Counted from the first letter of the stretch, positions 18,801 to 39,778 are shown. The stretch: DNA of 64,000 nucleotides from Amoebidium appalachense (GCA_963693365.1 CAVNZM010000003.1:10198101-10262100); one strand, 5' to 3'. Notes: a model not told the origin generated them from the sequence alone. Made by a program: numbers and translations.

Positions 18801-21500
18801 CCAGAAGACGATGGGGGTTGAGGGCTGGCTGTCCATTGGCTCGACGTACATGGCCACGGCGTGGTACACGATGTGGATGAAGTGGGGGTTTTCGGCCGTG
18901 TGGTCGGGGGCAGGCACGGGCATGGTCTCGAAGTCCAGCACGATGTCCCTGATGGGCTGCCGGGTCTGCTTCCACGGCCCCCTGCTGCCATCGTCGTCGG
19001 GCACGTGCCGTTTGCACACGTGTGCACCCACCCTGCCGTCGGCACCATCCACCCTGGCCCTCTGCCGTGCAGGTGACTCTCCCCCCTCCCCCTCCCCCTC
19101 CTCCCCCTCCTCCCCCTGCCCATGCTCGTTGGAGTAGCACGCCACCCTGTCGCACGCCGTGCCGTCTGCATCCGTGTGCGTGCACATGTACACACGTCGC
19201 TGGTCACGCTTGCTGCGTATGAGGCACGTGTGGTTGCCGGGCATGTACCCCCCACAGCCCTTGCAGTCGTAGTCGGTGCACAGGTGCTGTGTCCACGTGT
19301 CGTCCTTCTTCTTGCCCCCGTGCTCACCCCCGTCATCCCCCTCCCCCTCAGACATCTGCATGAGGTCGATGCCATCGCCGTTGTCATCATCGTCACCTTC
19401 GTCGTCCGACGAGTCGGCAAGGCCGGGTGGGGGGCCTGAGTCGGCATCCTCGGCATCCGAGTCCTCCTCCGTGTCCGTGCCCCAGGCCCAGTCCTCCCCC
19501 TCGTCGTTGGCTCCCGCATCTGCACCTGCATCATACCCCCCTTGCTCCTGGGCGGTGTGCAACCGACGTAGCCGGCACACGCTGGCGTACTTGAACTTGT
19601 AGAGGAACCGGCCGGCAGGGTTGCCCGACACACACACCCTACGGGCATCATCCCCACTGCCAAACACCCGGTACCCCTGCAGACCGTGGGTGCACGTGGC
19701 CAGCCGGCACCAGAACACGGTGTCACAGAAGGATTGTTGCCGGCCGTCGGCCCTGGCCCCCACCCCCTTGAGCCTGGTGCTGTGGTTGGCCATGCACTTG
19801 GCTGAAGGGAAGAGACCACAGCAGTCGTCACAACGGTAAGGCCATGCCTCCTCCCCTGCCTGTGCAAGCTGCAGACGGCGCTCGGGGGTCCACACACAGG
19901 CGTTGGCCTGGTCGTTGCGGTCCCCCTTTGATCCACAGTTCTCACACCGGTTCACACAACGGTGCACCCCCATGTTCTTGGCTTGCACGGTCTGGTTGCA
20001 GTGGAAGCAGGTGCTGAGGCTCCGACGTGCCTCCCCCGTGTGGTTGTCGTGCCGCAGGCGCTCGATGGCCGTGCTGACACTCGAGGTGATGGCCGTGAAG
20101 TGCCCCAGCTTCTGGGAGTGGGCCAAGTACATGGTGCACAGCTTGGAGGGGGGTAGGGCCGTGCTCAGGTCCCCGTACCGGCGTAGCACCCTGCCCTTGC
20201 TGTCCATGTCCACCACCACCAGCCGCAGGCGGGTCACTGACTCGGGCTGCTCGGCAATGGCCGTGTTGAGGGCATCCACGGCTGCACCCAGCTCATCCAC
20301 CGTCAGGCCGTCCTCTGCAGGCACGGGCAGGTCGTACTTGGCCCACAGCACGTGGGTGGCCCTCACCAGTCTCCGCAGGTAACGGTCCTTGAAGTGGCTA
20401 CGGTAGTCTGTGGGTGGGAACAGCAGGTTGCACACCCCACAGCCGGCAGATCTGGACCTCCCCAGGGTCGTGTTGCCGACCCCCACCACCTCCTCCGGGG
20501 TCAGCAGGTGGCACAGCACGTGGTGGTCCTTGCGATCCATGAGGTTGCCCCCCTTGCCCAGCACCTTGCGTGTGTGCTCGGTGGGCAGGTTGGCTTGCTC
20601 GTTGCCATTGGCTGCCTTCTTGAGCCACATCACCATGCAGTACACCAGGCACAGCTGGGCACAGTTGGGGCCGTAGGCAAAGCCGTGAAGCTGCTGATGG
20701 TCCTGGCAGGTCTCCCCGGTCACCTGTGGGTCGTCGGTGGTGCAGGCATCCTGCACCAGGGCGGTCACATCCACCACGGCCTTGGCCTCCACCAGATCCT
20801 GCAGCCACCGTGCATTCGCCCCCGTGGTGGTGGACAGGGTGCCGCAGGCCCCCCTCCTCACCATGTCCTTGGGCCGGGCCACTGTCAGATGCACGCTGGA
20901 TCGGCCGTCCATGAAGGTCTCGGCTGCACTCTGGGTACGTTGACGTATGTTCTCCATCAGCTTGAGCACCACGGCGTTGACATCACCATTGAACACGTCC
21001 ATGGGGCCGGCCGTAAACACCCTCCGGTTGGTGACATCGGCATTGGGGTTGCCGTCATCCCCCACCTGGTTGTCCACACCGTTGGCCTGCACGTGCAGGC
21101 TGATGATACGCACAATCAGCATGTCCCCCACCTGCACATCTGCACGGGCAATGGCATCGAACAGCATGGCAGCAAAGAACTGGGGGAACTCGGTGACGTC
21201 AAGGGTGCGCAGGGGTTGGTACTCGAGGGTGTGGCCACGCACACCCAGTCCCCGTGCCTGCATGTCATCGACACGGGAACGCAGCCGCCAGTTGCCCTCG
21301 GCGGGCATGGCAATGATCTGGGGGTCATCGGGGTGGTTGATGGGGGCGGGGGCCGGGGGGAGGCCGGGGAGGGGTGGGGGTGGGGGTGGTGGGGCCAACA
21401 TGGCCTGCAGAAACGGGTGGGCTTGCAGGGTCTGTTGCGGGTCGGCATCCAGTGCCCGCAACAGGTCATCTTCAAACTCTTCCTGGCTCTCTCTGAACAT
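15864..21500 (-). CDS. Protein-primed family B DNA polymerase (~1,880 aa when joined); two compensating frameshifts near 18312 and 18090
   Basis: ExoI VLDFET, ExoII HNGSGFD, FVDTLNFL and KGHFPH (middle frame), ExoIII YCVKDV, FFGGRTE, YVDVTSLYP, KLFLNSLWGK, YMDTDS, PKTYAY, KVKGI. Confidence 0.95.
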
Positions 21501-21739
21501 CTTGAATGGTAACCTTAGATCTCAGGCTGTAATCTTATAAATCTCAAGTATCAATCTAATTAATAATTACTAGGCTAAGCCTGGCTGTGCCAGGGCAACG
21601 CCTCAATAAAGAACAGTATGCAAAATAACAAGCCTGTGCCTGTGCAATAAATCTCCAAAGCAAACATCTTGCAAAAAACAACGTCGGTACATGTTTGTGT
21701 GTGTGTGTGTGTGTGACCGCGGCGGCTGCCTGTGTACCT

Positions 21740-21950
21740 AAGGCGTCCAATAAGAGACCCAGATTGACCGATCCGGGCGCTCATTGGACGCCTTGGGGAT
21801 GGAATGTGCTGTCCTTAATGCTCATTGGACGCCTTGTGCGGCAATTGGCTTTTTGGAGCCGAATTATCATTGGCCGCCCTGCGCAACCGTAATAGCATTG
21901 GACGCCTTGTACAAGGAATTCAGGATTCGAATTCCCATTGGACGCCTTGC
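21740..21950. repeat. Subterminal array of CATTGGACGCCTTG (5 direct copies, 1 inverted)
   Basis: Copies at 21782, 21823, 21868 (variant), 21896, 21936; inverted AAGGCGTCCAAT at 21740. Each contains CCAAT on one strand; upstream of pPolB. Confidence 0.85.
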
Positions 21951-22216
21951 GCAAACCTTCGCATTCCTTTGATCCGCACTTGTGTACATGTACGCACCAC
22001 ATGTACGCGTACACGTACGCGTACACGTGACACGCCCTCTCTCTCTCTTTAATTGTTTAATCATTTAATTAAAACCACGTGCTCTGCACGTGTTTTACAC
22101 ACACACAGTGTGTGTGCACGTGCTCATGTACACATATCCACCCATATCACATATATCCCATATCGCGATATGTGTACACAGATATCACATATCTCATATT
22201 CACATATCCCATATCC

Positions 22217-22295
22217 TAAGGGGTGCGGGACCGCGTGAATGTGACGTCACTTGTGACGTCACCATTCACGGGGTGCCGCGCCCCTTATTGTAGTA
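22217..22295. promoter_or_regulatory. Terminal inverted repeat/hairpin with twin CRE palindromes; putative replication origin
   Basis: TAAGGGGTGCGGGACCGCGTGAATGTGACGTCAC-TT-GTGACGTCACCATTCACGGGGTGCCGCGCCCCTTA is a near-perfect 71-bp palindrome. It is followed by TTGTAGTA and preceded by a CATATC-rich tract (22131-22216). Confidence 0.7.
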
Positions 22296-22585
22296 AGGTG
22301 GTTTGTGGACACTGATCATTTCACCGGGGTGGCGGTTACTAGCTGTATGTACATGTGTATATGTGCGATGTGTCATTGATTAGGGGTACATATTGCATTA
22401 TGCCTATGGCCTGCACACCTGTATGTGTGTCGAGGAGACTCTCGGAGCCATTGTGTTTTTCCTTCTTCCTCTCTTTCTGCCCTGTTTTTTTTTTTTTTGT
22501 TCTTTTCTTTTTTTCTCTTTTTTTTTTCTTTTTTTTTTCTTCTTTTTTTCTTTTTTTCTTTTGGCTTTCTGGTGTGTGTGGGGAA

Positions 22586-22616
<31 letters not shown>

Positions 22617-23062
22617 ATATACAACCTGCAGGAGAGTAAGATTTGCGCAAACATGACTACTAGCAGTGTGGACAAAGTTTAAGATATATCATATATATAG
22701 ATAGTTTTAGGTTACATAAACAATGTTTTCACAATCTCCCATAGAAAACCATAACTCAGTAAATTCTACTGCCAATATATTATTCTGGTCACAGAGAAAT
22801 TCAGTCCATTGCCTTCCCCAGAACGCTAGCACGTGTACATGTGTATACATGCATAAGTTACATGGCAGGGCTTCTGCTACTATAACTATACAAAAAGGTA
22901 TACAAAATTTCAAGTTGATAAAATGAAGCCGTTCGCGGCACCTACCAATTAATAATAATATTATCATTATTAAATCTGCAGAAGCCTTTTTTTGGTGTCC
23001 CGACGAAAACATTGGCCCCGCTCATGCAGCTAGTATCGATAGTGTTCGATAATCGATTTCGT

Positions 23063-23096
<34 letters not shown>

Positions 23097-24644
23097 TTTT
23101 CCTCCGGATCCTCCTCCTCCTCCTCATTCCGGCCAGGAAACCGGACCACCTATGTAGTTTTTGAAATCTTTTAAAGTTATTATGTATGTGTACAGTACGT
23201 GCGTGTGTGTGCATTCGAGTGTTTGTGTGTATGTGCATGTGTGTGTACACGCCGACAGATATGGTAACCCTCGAGTACTAGGCATGCCCTCTCTCTCTCT
23301 CTTCCCCCCCCCCCCCCCCTCTCTCTCTTCCCCTTTCTCCCTCCCTCTCTCTCTCTCTCTCTCCCCCCCCCCCCCCTCCCGAGGATTTCTCTCTCTCACT
23401 CCCCCCCCACCTCCCCCTCCTCCCCCCCCCCCCCACCTCTGCCTGCCTCTACCTTTCCTTCTCTTCGAATTCTGTGTCACATAATATTTGTGTATGCATC
23501 ATTCTCGTTGCCTGCTTGCTGAAACCCGTGTTTTTCTACAGCTGGCCTTCAAACTGAAAGTTTTATATGCAAGCCAAACAAACCGATCACGCGTTTGGAA
23601 TATGCATGTTTCCGTTCTGTACTGTACCTGGACGGCGCAAAGCAAAACGGGTCTGACGTCTGCTGTCGATCGAACCAGCCCTTTCGAAGTTCGCCGCCGT
23701 GCACACGTGAGGAGAGCTCACGAGTCACATTTTTCTTTCTACCAATAGGAATGACGCTAGATAAGCCATCACCACCGAACCCCAAACATTTTAGACACCA
23801 AACTGCTTTTCGATTGCTGTATGGCCGGTCTGATGATGAGAGGCAGCACCCGGCTGCCGTCCCCGCAGGCCCCCACTGGGCCGCAAATAAATCACATGTA
23901 CTGACTCCCGGCTCTGGGGCCATACACACGAGATCAATACAGATAAGGCCCTCGGGCCCGAAAACAGAAATCACCCCCCCCCCCCCGGGGGGGGGGGGGG
24001 GGGGGGGGGGGGGCATTAGTACACACCTGTGCACCCAGGGCGACAGTAAACAGGAGCAGAACGACCTGCCATGTCCTCATTCCACCACCAGAACCAACCT
24101 TGCGGGAACCCATATTGTGTGGGCAAATGACTCAACAACGCCGTTATAATTACGTGGCTACGCGAAGTACTTTTGAAAAGAAGTGTGCTTGGTTTGTTTC
24201 AGTACGTTTACTGAGTGCCCCCGTTACGTTTTACTGGGTGGTAACGTGCCATCGCTGCCCAAAACGCATTGCCGCGCTCGCTGCAAACAGCGCAACGATC
24301 TAGACAATTGGTACCGAGATGGGCGCAAATTGTCCAATCGCATTTAGAGACCCCCAAGGTAGTCAGACTTCGTACCCCAAAAGTTCAAATTACAGTATTT
24401 GACCCCGGTATCCGTTCTCCGTTCCTTATCGGGGCTATAAACACCCACTTATTTGCTCTTCAAAATCCGTATAGCGATTGGGCAAAAGCGTTTTTATCGT
24501 TTACCCTCCTCCCATTAGCCAATCAAATCGCATATATTCGCAGCTACCCCGGCCTCCCCTCACCTCCCCCCCTCCACGTCCGGATCTTTCGAACCCTACT
24601 TCTATTTGATCTCGTGGAGTAGAAAGGAGCCTACCGGCCCCAAT

Positions 24645-27412
24645 CTAAGAGTTGCACAGAGGTGTCATGTAAACACGACAAACACAATCATGATGAGTGG
24701 GAGTTGTCGTGTTTACATGACACCTCTGTGCAACTCTGCTCCCTTAGACCCGTACAAAATCAACAGGTTTACAGGCCCTTTTGCACGCTCTCGTAACACA
24801 ATTTCTCGCAGCAATCGAAACTATTCGAATTCGATTACCGATCTGCTATCCTCCTCCGCACATCCCCGCTCCCCGCCAACATGTGCGTTGCATTGCCGGC
24901 TACCTTCGTGGCAGCGTCACATATGTGAGTGACATTCGTACTGCCGATATCCGTGAAGGTCTCATTCATCTCCGGCCCTGAGTCCTCCTCCCTCCACTCG
25001 TCCAGCCAGCCCGTGTGCCTTGGCTGCCCGTGCCTCTCATCGTGAAGTTGACGCATCACCATCGTCATTCAGACGTCACTCTATGAAATCGCCGCCGCGT
25101 TGATCCGCCGCCATCCATTTTCCAATTTCTTGCAATCGATCGTCATCACCCTCAATATCCCTCCTCATCAACCATAATCGTCGTCAATCAGTCTCAATCG
25201 AGCTGCAATACAGCTTCCAGGTGCCGATTTCGGGCCTCTACGCAGCACCTACCATCCGTGTTCTAGCAACCACGTCGACCATCGACTCCTCGCGCCCCCT
25301 TCAAGTCTGGTGCACGAAACCTTCAATTGTTGCTCTTCAAACTGTGTGGCACTAGCCCTTGTTGGCTCCCCCCAAGCAGCACCCCCTCGACTTCTAGTCA
25401 TCCATACGGTAATCCCGGTCAATCGTACGCGTCATGCTCAGTGTACATCCCGGCCATCACTAGCCGCCTCCCATCGCTTCGAATTCATCGTGATTTGAGC
25501 TATCGTCATCGTGAACGTGACAATCGTGAACGTAGTGGCAGTTACGAGGACTCCCACCGTTCAACCTCTCCTCCCCCTCGTCCAACTCGTCACCAACAGC
25601 CTCGAGAGTGCTTTGTGTGTGGTGACACTGGCCATTTTGCCAGATTCTGCCCGATCGCGATCGGTACGGCAACCGTAAGAGCCGTGACCACCATCGTGAT
25701 CGGCGTCAACCGTCTTCCCCTGCTGAGAGTGGGACGACATTCGTCTTCTGAATCCTTCACCATCAGTTTGATATCCTTCCCTGCAACTTCATTGGGGACC
25801 TCGTGTGTCTAGTGCCGTCATCAGTGGTTTTTGAGTAGGTTGGGGCCCTGGACAGCAGTCGACACATCTATGTGATCGAGATGCCTCCCAACTAAAGTCC
25901 ACGTAACTGTCTCGTCATTTATGGCATCTTCAATGGGGAAACTTGCGTCTCCACCACCCGTCGTTTATTTTCAGCAGTGGGGACTACGTCTACTTAGCTT
26001 TTGATTGTGAGTTTCAGTGGGGACCAAAGTCTCGTTATCTGCTTTGAGTGATCGGTTGAGATACTATATTTATATTTTCTTTAATTTTGTTAATCATTAA
26101 CCACTTGTTTTGATTTTAACGTTTTGATATTGAACTCCACCATAACCTGTTGTTCTTTACGGGTCTAAGGGAGCAGTGGGAGCAGTGGGGGCGGGGGAAG
26201 AGAGAGAGAGAGAGAAGAAAAGGGAGAAAGGAAGAGAGCACAAAGGAGAAAACCAGACACGAACACAAATAAAGCTAAGACACATACACATACTTCAAGT
26301 CTCTTGCTGACCTGCGTCGATACGTATTCCAACATCCCCACTCAAGGGGTTGAAGCCTTTGTGTTCTCGTGTCTGTTGATGTGACGGTAGATGAAGACTC
26401 AAGCACACGGGGCCGTCACACACAAGTTTCCCCACTCGAGGATGCAAACCGAAAATCCTTGAGGGGGGAAGAGAGAGAGAGAGAGAAGAAAAGGGAGAAA
26501 GGAAGAGAGCACAAAGGAGAAAACTGTTGTTTTTTACGGGTCTAAGGGAGCAGAGTGCACAGAGATGTTATGTAAACACGACAAACAAAATTACGATGAG
26601 TGGGAGTTGGCCGCCCTCTGCGGTCTTTACACAACTCGATTCTGGAACCACTGAACTTTATTCGCGCCATCCGGCCTTTTTGTTCTCGACCATGCATCAT
26701 CTCATCTCACTAAAAAGAAGGGAACCTTGCAATCGGGTTCCTTCAGCAACAGTGCAAATACATTCCAACGAAACAACCACTTTCTAACTTCTCACACAAA
26801 AGAAGCTTAGAAATCCTACTTAAATAATGAAGTAACTCAACCAACTTGTCACTATTAATTCACATATGTATTTACATTTGAGAAACTCATCCGATAGGCT
26901 AAATACATATATTCCTAATAGTCGACACTTATCATGGGAACAGGAAAGCAAACAGATCTAATGCATCCAATCAGATCTCGTCTATGAATATAAAGGAATG
27001 AAACACCACGGTGTATAGATCGGCTCACTCGCGACTATTGGTGAGCCCTCCTATTTCGACCTAAACACAGAGACAACAAAGCTATGTGTCCAATCACTCT
27101 ACACACAGTAAAACAGAGGAGAGTAAACAGAAGTAAAGCACAACACGTCCTGACAAGGCAGGAGAGGGTGTGCACAGATCTACAGATATTTGTGCACGCA
27201 GAGACAAGGGAGAGAGAGATACGGGGGGGGGGGGGGGGGGGGGGGGGGGGGAAGCACGAGGGGGAGAGACACACACAGAGAGAGAAAGGCACGAAGGGAT
27301 AGAGGGGGCGAGATACAGCACAACGAGGAGAGAACACAAACCAAATTAACAGAATCTATTACAAACTTCACAGCTCTTGCTAGCACACGTACTATATATA
27401 CGTATTCCAACA
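24645..27412. mobile_element. Degenerate Copia-like LTR retroelement debris
   Basis: TGTTG...CAACA-bounded LTR at 26148-26334 (minus strand) preceded by PPT-like TTGAGTGGGGA and followed by GGTTATG (Copia-type PBS start). CAACA-GGTTTACAGGCCC near 24761. Gag-like knuckle CFVCGDTGHFARFC near 25610. Related LTR end TACGTATTCCAACA at 27412. No RT or integrase visible. Confidence 0.6.
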
Positions 27413-27667
27413 CCCACCCCTACCCGATTATACTCTTACCACACGTTTGTGCTGCCTACCATCAAGCTTCCTACTGCCCCATACCCTTTCTCCACAACAC
27501 ATGCACACTAAATAAGAATATAGTCGAAAGATTTTACCACGAATCGGACTTGAATTCAAGAAGTGGTCGAACCACCAATGAGTTAAAACATAAAAAAGGC
27601 TTCAAGGTCTACCTATCCCAAATTCAAACATGAGTTCGTTGATACTAAATAAATGCTAGCCTTACTC

Positions 27668-35992
<8,325 letters not shown>

Positions 35993-38556
35993 TGTTACAG
36001 TTAACGTTGCTATGTGTTTTAATGGGTGAGACAATGCGCACAACAATGATAGTATACATATAGTTCGACCTCTCCTGAAAATTTTGTTGAATAGATTCAC
36101 AGTGCACTTATGAAAACTTTGTTCAAAACGCATGCACTACTATGAATGCTTATTCCAGGAAAAAAGCTCGAGCTATCTAGTAATAAACGGTGTGCTTCTT
36201 GACATTCGTTCGAATCCGTGAACACCTTACTGTGAAAATGCTTATTCAACAAGTTCTTGTGTAAATGTGTTCAAATAGTACTACTTAAGCTGATGCCATG
36301 TACATACAGTAGCCTTTCGATGTTACTAGGTCTTATATTCGACCTTCAAAACGTTTCATAAGCCGTGCGCGGTTTGACACGTTCAAATTGGGTCATAAGA
36401 ACGAAGTCTTGTACTACGGTTATCAGATGTGGACTACGGAGGCCCGTGCAGTTGCTTTTATAACCTCCGAACAGTGTGCAGGCGCATGAACCTCCAATGA
36501 CCTTTGTGTTTATGTATCACACCATTGGGTCCTCATATCTTTGTACGTGAGTTTGTTTCTGCCACGCAGGGCACGAGCCGAAAACACCACATATATTTCG
36601 AGCGCATTCTGGAGCAACCTTATCGTACCAATAAATATATCTAAATATATGCATGACGCATCATCCTGGGCATGTACGCGTGGCTTTTCTCTTACCATGT
36701 ACATGCACACCCATAAAATCTTTGGCCCCGCGAACCGGCCTTCTACTGAGTCACACGTATGTACTATACATGTGCATGTTCCTGGGAGTCGGTGCATGGA
36801 AGATTGATTCACTTGTGCGCCATAAAGAGAGGAAAAATAACATACATATATATGTCGCCCTTTATGCCTGTATTTGTGCATTATACATATATTCATGTGC
36901 ATGTGTAAGGCCATTAATAGCCTACAAGCTCTTGGTGCGTCACGTACATAAACTTTGACTTGTAACTTGGGTCAGAAAAATGGCGCCAAATTGTGGTAAG
37001 TGATGCGCGTTAAGCCTATCAAAATAGAGATTTTTAGCCGATTTGATTGGAAAACTCTTTTGTTTACATCTTGTGCTCTCTTTGATTGGATGTTAGAATC
37101 TGTTGATTGCTGATTGGTGGTTCGCACTTGTGCATGTGGGGTGATCAAAATTTATAACCGAAGGCTCACGCGGTTCACGTGGGTCATCTGTTTGACGGCC
37201 CGTGCAAAAACAAGCAGGTTGGCAACTTGGTTTGCACCCTCTCATTCAACATTAAGTAGAATAAATTAATGACAGTGTGCTTCGAGTAGCTTTGGTGAGA
37301 AGTGACTGCTGCCGCGGGTCGGACATATTCAATATCGATATATCGATGTGGCCATGAATGGCATCTCCTGCGTATATATGCATGTGCACGGACACAGTTG
37401 AACTATATATATATCTACGTCCTCTATACCACCTGTGTACTACTAATATTAAAATGTTTATGGAGTCCCATAACTCCATAAACACTTTAATATTAGGTGT
37501 TCATGGTGGTGAAAGTTGGCGCTCGTAATGTGCAGAGAAGGCCCGGAGGGTATTTCATGGGAGAGGGTCGGCCGGCCACGGACATCTATAGCTAGCTAGA
37601 GGTGGGGACTCCCAGGGGGAGCCTCAGGATGTCTGTGTTTGTGTGTGTGTCACTGGCAGTCATGAGGGGGAGAAGGGGGTGGGGAAAGGGGGGAGGGGGG
37701 GAGGGGGGTCATTCTCACGATGTAACAGGTGGGGCCTAGGGTAGCCTTAAGCTTACATACTTGCCTTACTAACCTTCTTCGCCTTTTTTTCTTCGGTTCA
37801 CTCGACACCACCCATAATATGCGCTGCCCCCCCCCCCCCCCCCCCCCTCCCGGACATCACTCATAATATGCGCTGCCCCCCCCCCCCCCCCCACCCCCCC
37901 ACGTGGGGCCAACCCTTCCACTTTCCTCCCCGACAGGCCGCCCGACAGCTGCTCAACAAGCTCATTCTATTGATTGGGGCAAGCCGGCAGGGTATGGGTG
38001 GGGCCAGGGGGATATGCTTAGCCTAGGTACCGGTGGAGACTGTGACCCGTTTCTTCCCATGGGTGGCGGCTCTACGTTTGTGGTTTTTTGTTGTTGGGTT
38101 TTGTGTGGGGGTCTAGATGTATAGCATGCAATGAGCGCAAGTGTGAGCTTAAAAATATTACCATGTGAGCACATGTTCCAAACTGGTTCGATGAAACGTA
38201 GCGCCCCCCCCCCCCCCCCCTCCCCCCCCCCCCCCTCCCCCCCCCCCCCCCCAACACACACACGCCCAAACACACACACACACACCTCCACCCCCCACCC
38301 CCGTGCGGAGCCTTCATAACGAAGTGTTCCCTTTCACTTCATGAACCTATGTAGTGCGAGGTCCTGAAACACTGAATATTACACTTAATTTAAGCCCAGA
38401 TGATGTGCACATCCCCATTTTTTGTAATTGTTGACCAAAAAAAGATTGATACATGCCGGTCACAACCCGGATATAAATTTAGATGATGATGGTGCAGGCA
38501 GCAGAAGTATTTATATTGTGAAGGGCTACAGCAGACCGACCGTCACGGCACCGGGG

Positions 38557-38597
<41 letters not shown>

Positions 38598-39575
38598 TAA
38601 CACAATTTGCATCGAAACAAGGTTCAACGATTCGTTACATCGTGAATACTACCTATCTATGTGCTCAAACACACAGGCTAATTCAGGGAAAGAGATCTCA
38701 ATACAGAGGGCGGCCCAGCGAAATTCGTGTGTTTGGGTTGGATATCATAAATCCTGTGTGGGTATGCTCTGCATACAGATGGGTGAACGGTGGGTGGAGG
38801 CTGGAGTTGCAAGTGGTTGGGCCGGCCCGCCCCGGGTTTGAGGAGGAGAAAGGAGAGGGAGGGGGGGGAGCAGGGAGGGGAAGGGGGGAGGGGGGGGGGG
38901 GGGGGGGCTTAGTAACAAAACAAGCGCGAGGAGGGGGAGGCGGGGAGGGGGGATAGAGCAACGGAAGGAAGGATGGTTTGAAATGGTCACCGTTGTGTAT
39001 GGGATGATTTGGAATCCCCCCCCCCCCCCCCCCGGGGGGGGTAGGGGCAAAGGCTGCTACACGAAATATGTATAAAATGGTTAAGTTACTCATGTATATC
39101 ACAAAAGAATCACAACCCCCATCGGATTTTTCTCCCCCCCCCCCCCCCCCCCCCCCCTTCCCCCCTTTCTCCCCTCCTTCCCCGTCCCCCCTTTCTTCGA
39201 CTTCCTTATGCCTTCTGATCATATGCACACACAAAGATAAATCACATTTAAGTTATTATTTGTATACGAGAGTGCACAAAAGCGAGCACCACATGCGCAA
39301 GGGCACGAAAACACAGTGCAACACCCTGAACTCTGACACAGTCACAATGTCACCCCCTCCCTCCTCCCTCTCTCCCCCCCCCCCGCTCCCTCCCCCCCTC
39401 ACTACCACACACATTAGCCAACCTCCCCCCACCTCCCCCCCTTCACCAGCTTGAATTCTGAATTTACTGGATGTGAGGCTCAGGAGCTAGTTGGATCTAA
39501 TACGACGTATATAATAGAATGGGCTTGTTGAGCCACCTGCAGGGTGGTCTGCCCCGGGGAGGAAAGTGGAGGGTT

Positions 39576-39606
<31 letters not shown>

Positions 39607-39778
39607 ATGCTGTGTATGGGCATCGCATGCATATGGGTGATGTTGAGTGAACCGAAGAGAACGAAGCGAAAAAGGTTATTAAAACTACCCTAAACCCACA
39701 CCTGTTAGATCGTGAAAAGGCAGTGTCCCCCCCCCCCCCCCCCCCCCCCCCTCCTCCTCCTCTCCCCCACCACCACTA

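Larger units (their letters stand above)
1..22295. mobile_element. Endogenous Polinton/Maverick-like dsDNA virus (Polinton-like virus), right ~22 kb; left end outside window
   Basis: Intronless, gene-dense GC-rich block with integrase, pPolB, A32-like ATPase, MCP and minor capsid genes. Abrupt switch to microsatellite-rich host DNA after a structured terminal region at ~22.2-22.3 kb. Exact right end is inferred. Confidence 0.93.

Noticed and set aside
8098-21540. Long ORFs antisense to ATPase, MCP and pPolB (e.g. 8098-8874, 9419-10708, 15996-17240, 20352-21512)
   Set aside because: Expected by-products of GC3-rich coding on the other strand; no recognisable motifs.
21740-21950. CRISPR array
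   Set aside because: Repeats are only 14 bp, spacers are irregular, no cas genes, eukaryotic viral context; kept as a regulatory array.
25327-25812. Stand-alone zinc-knuckle gene
   Set aside because: No credible start and only a short gag-like stretch inside LTR debris.
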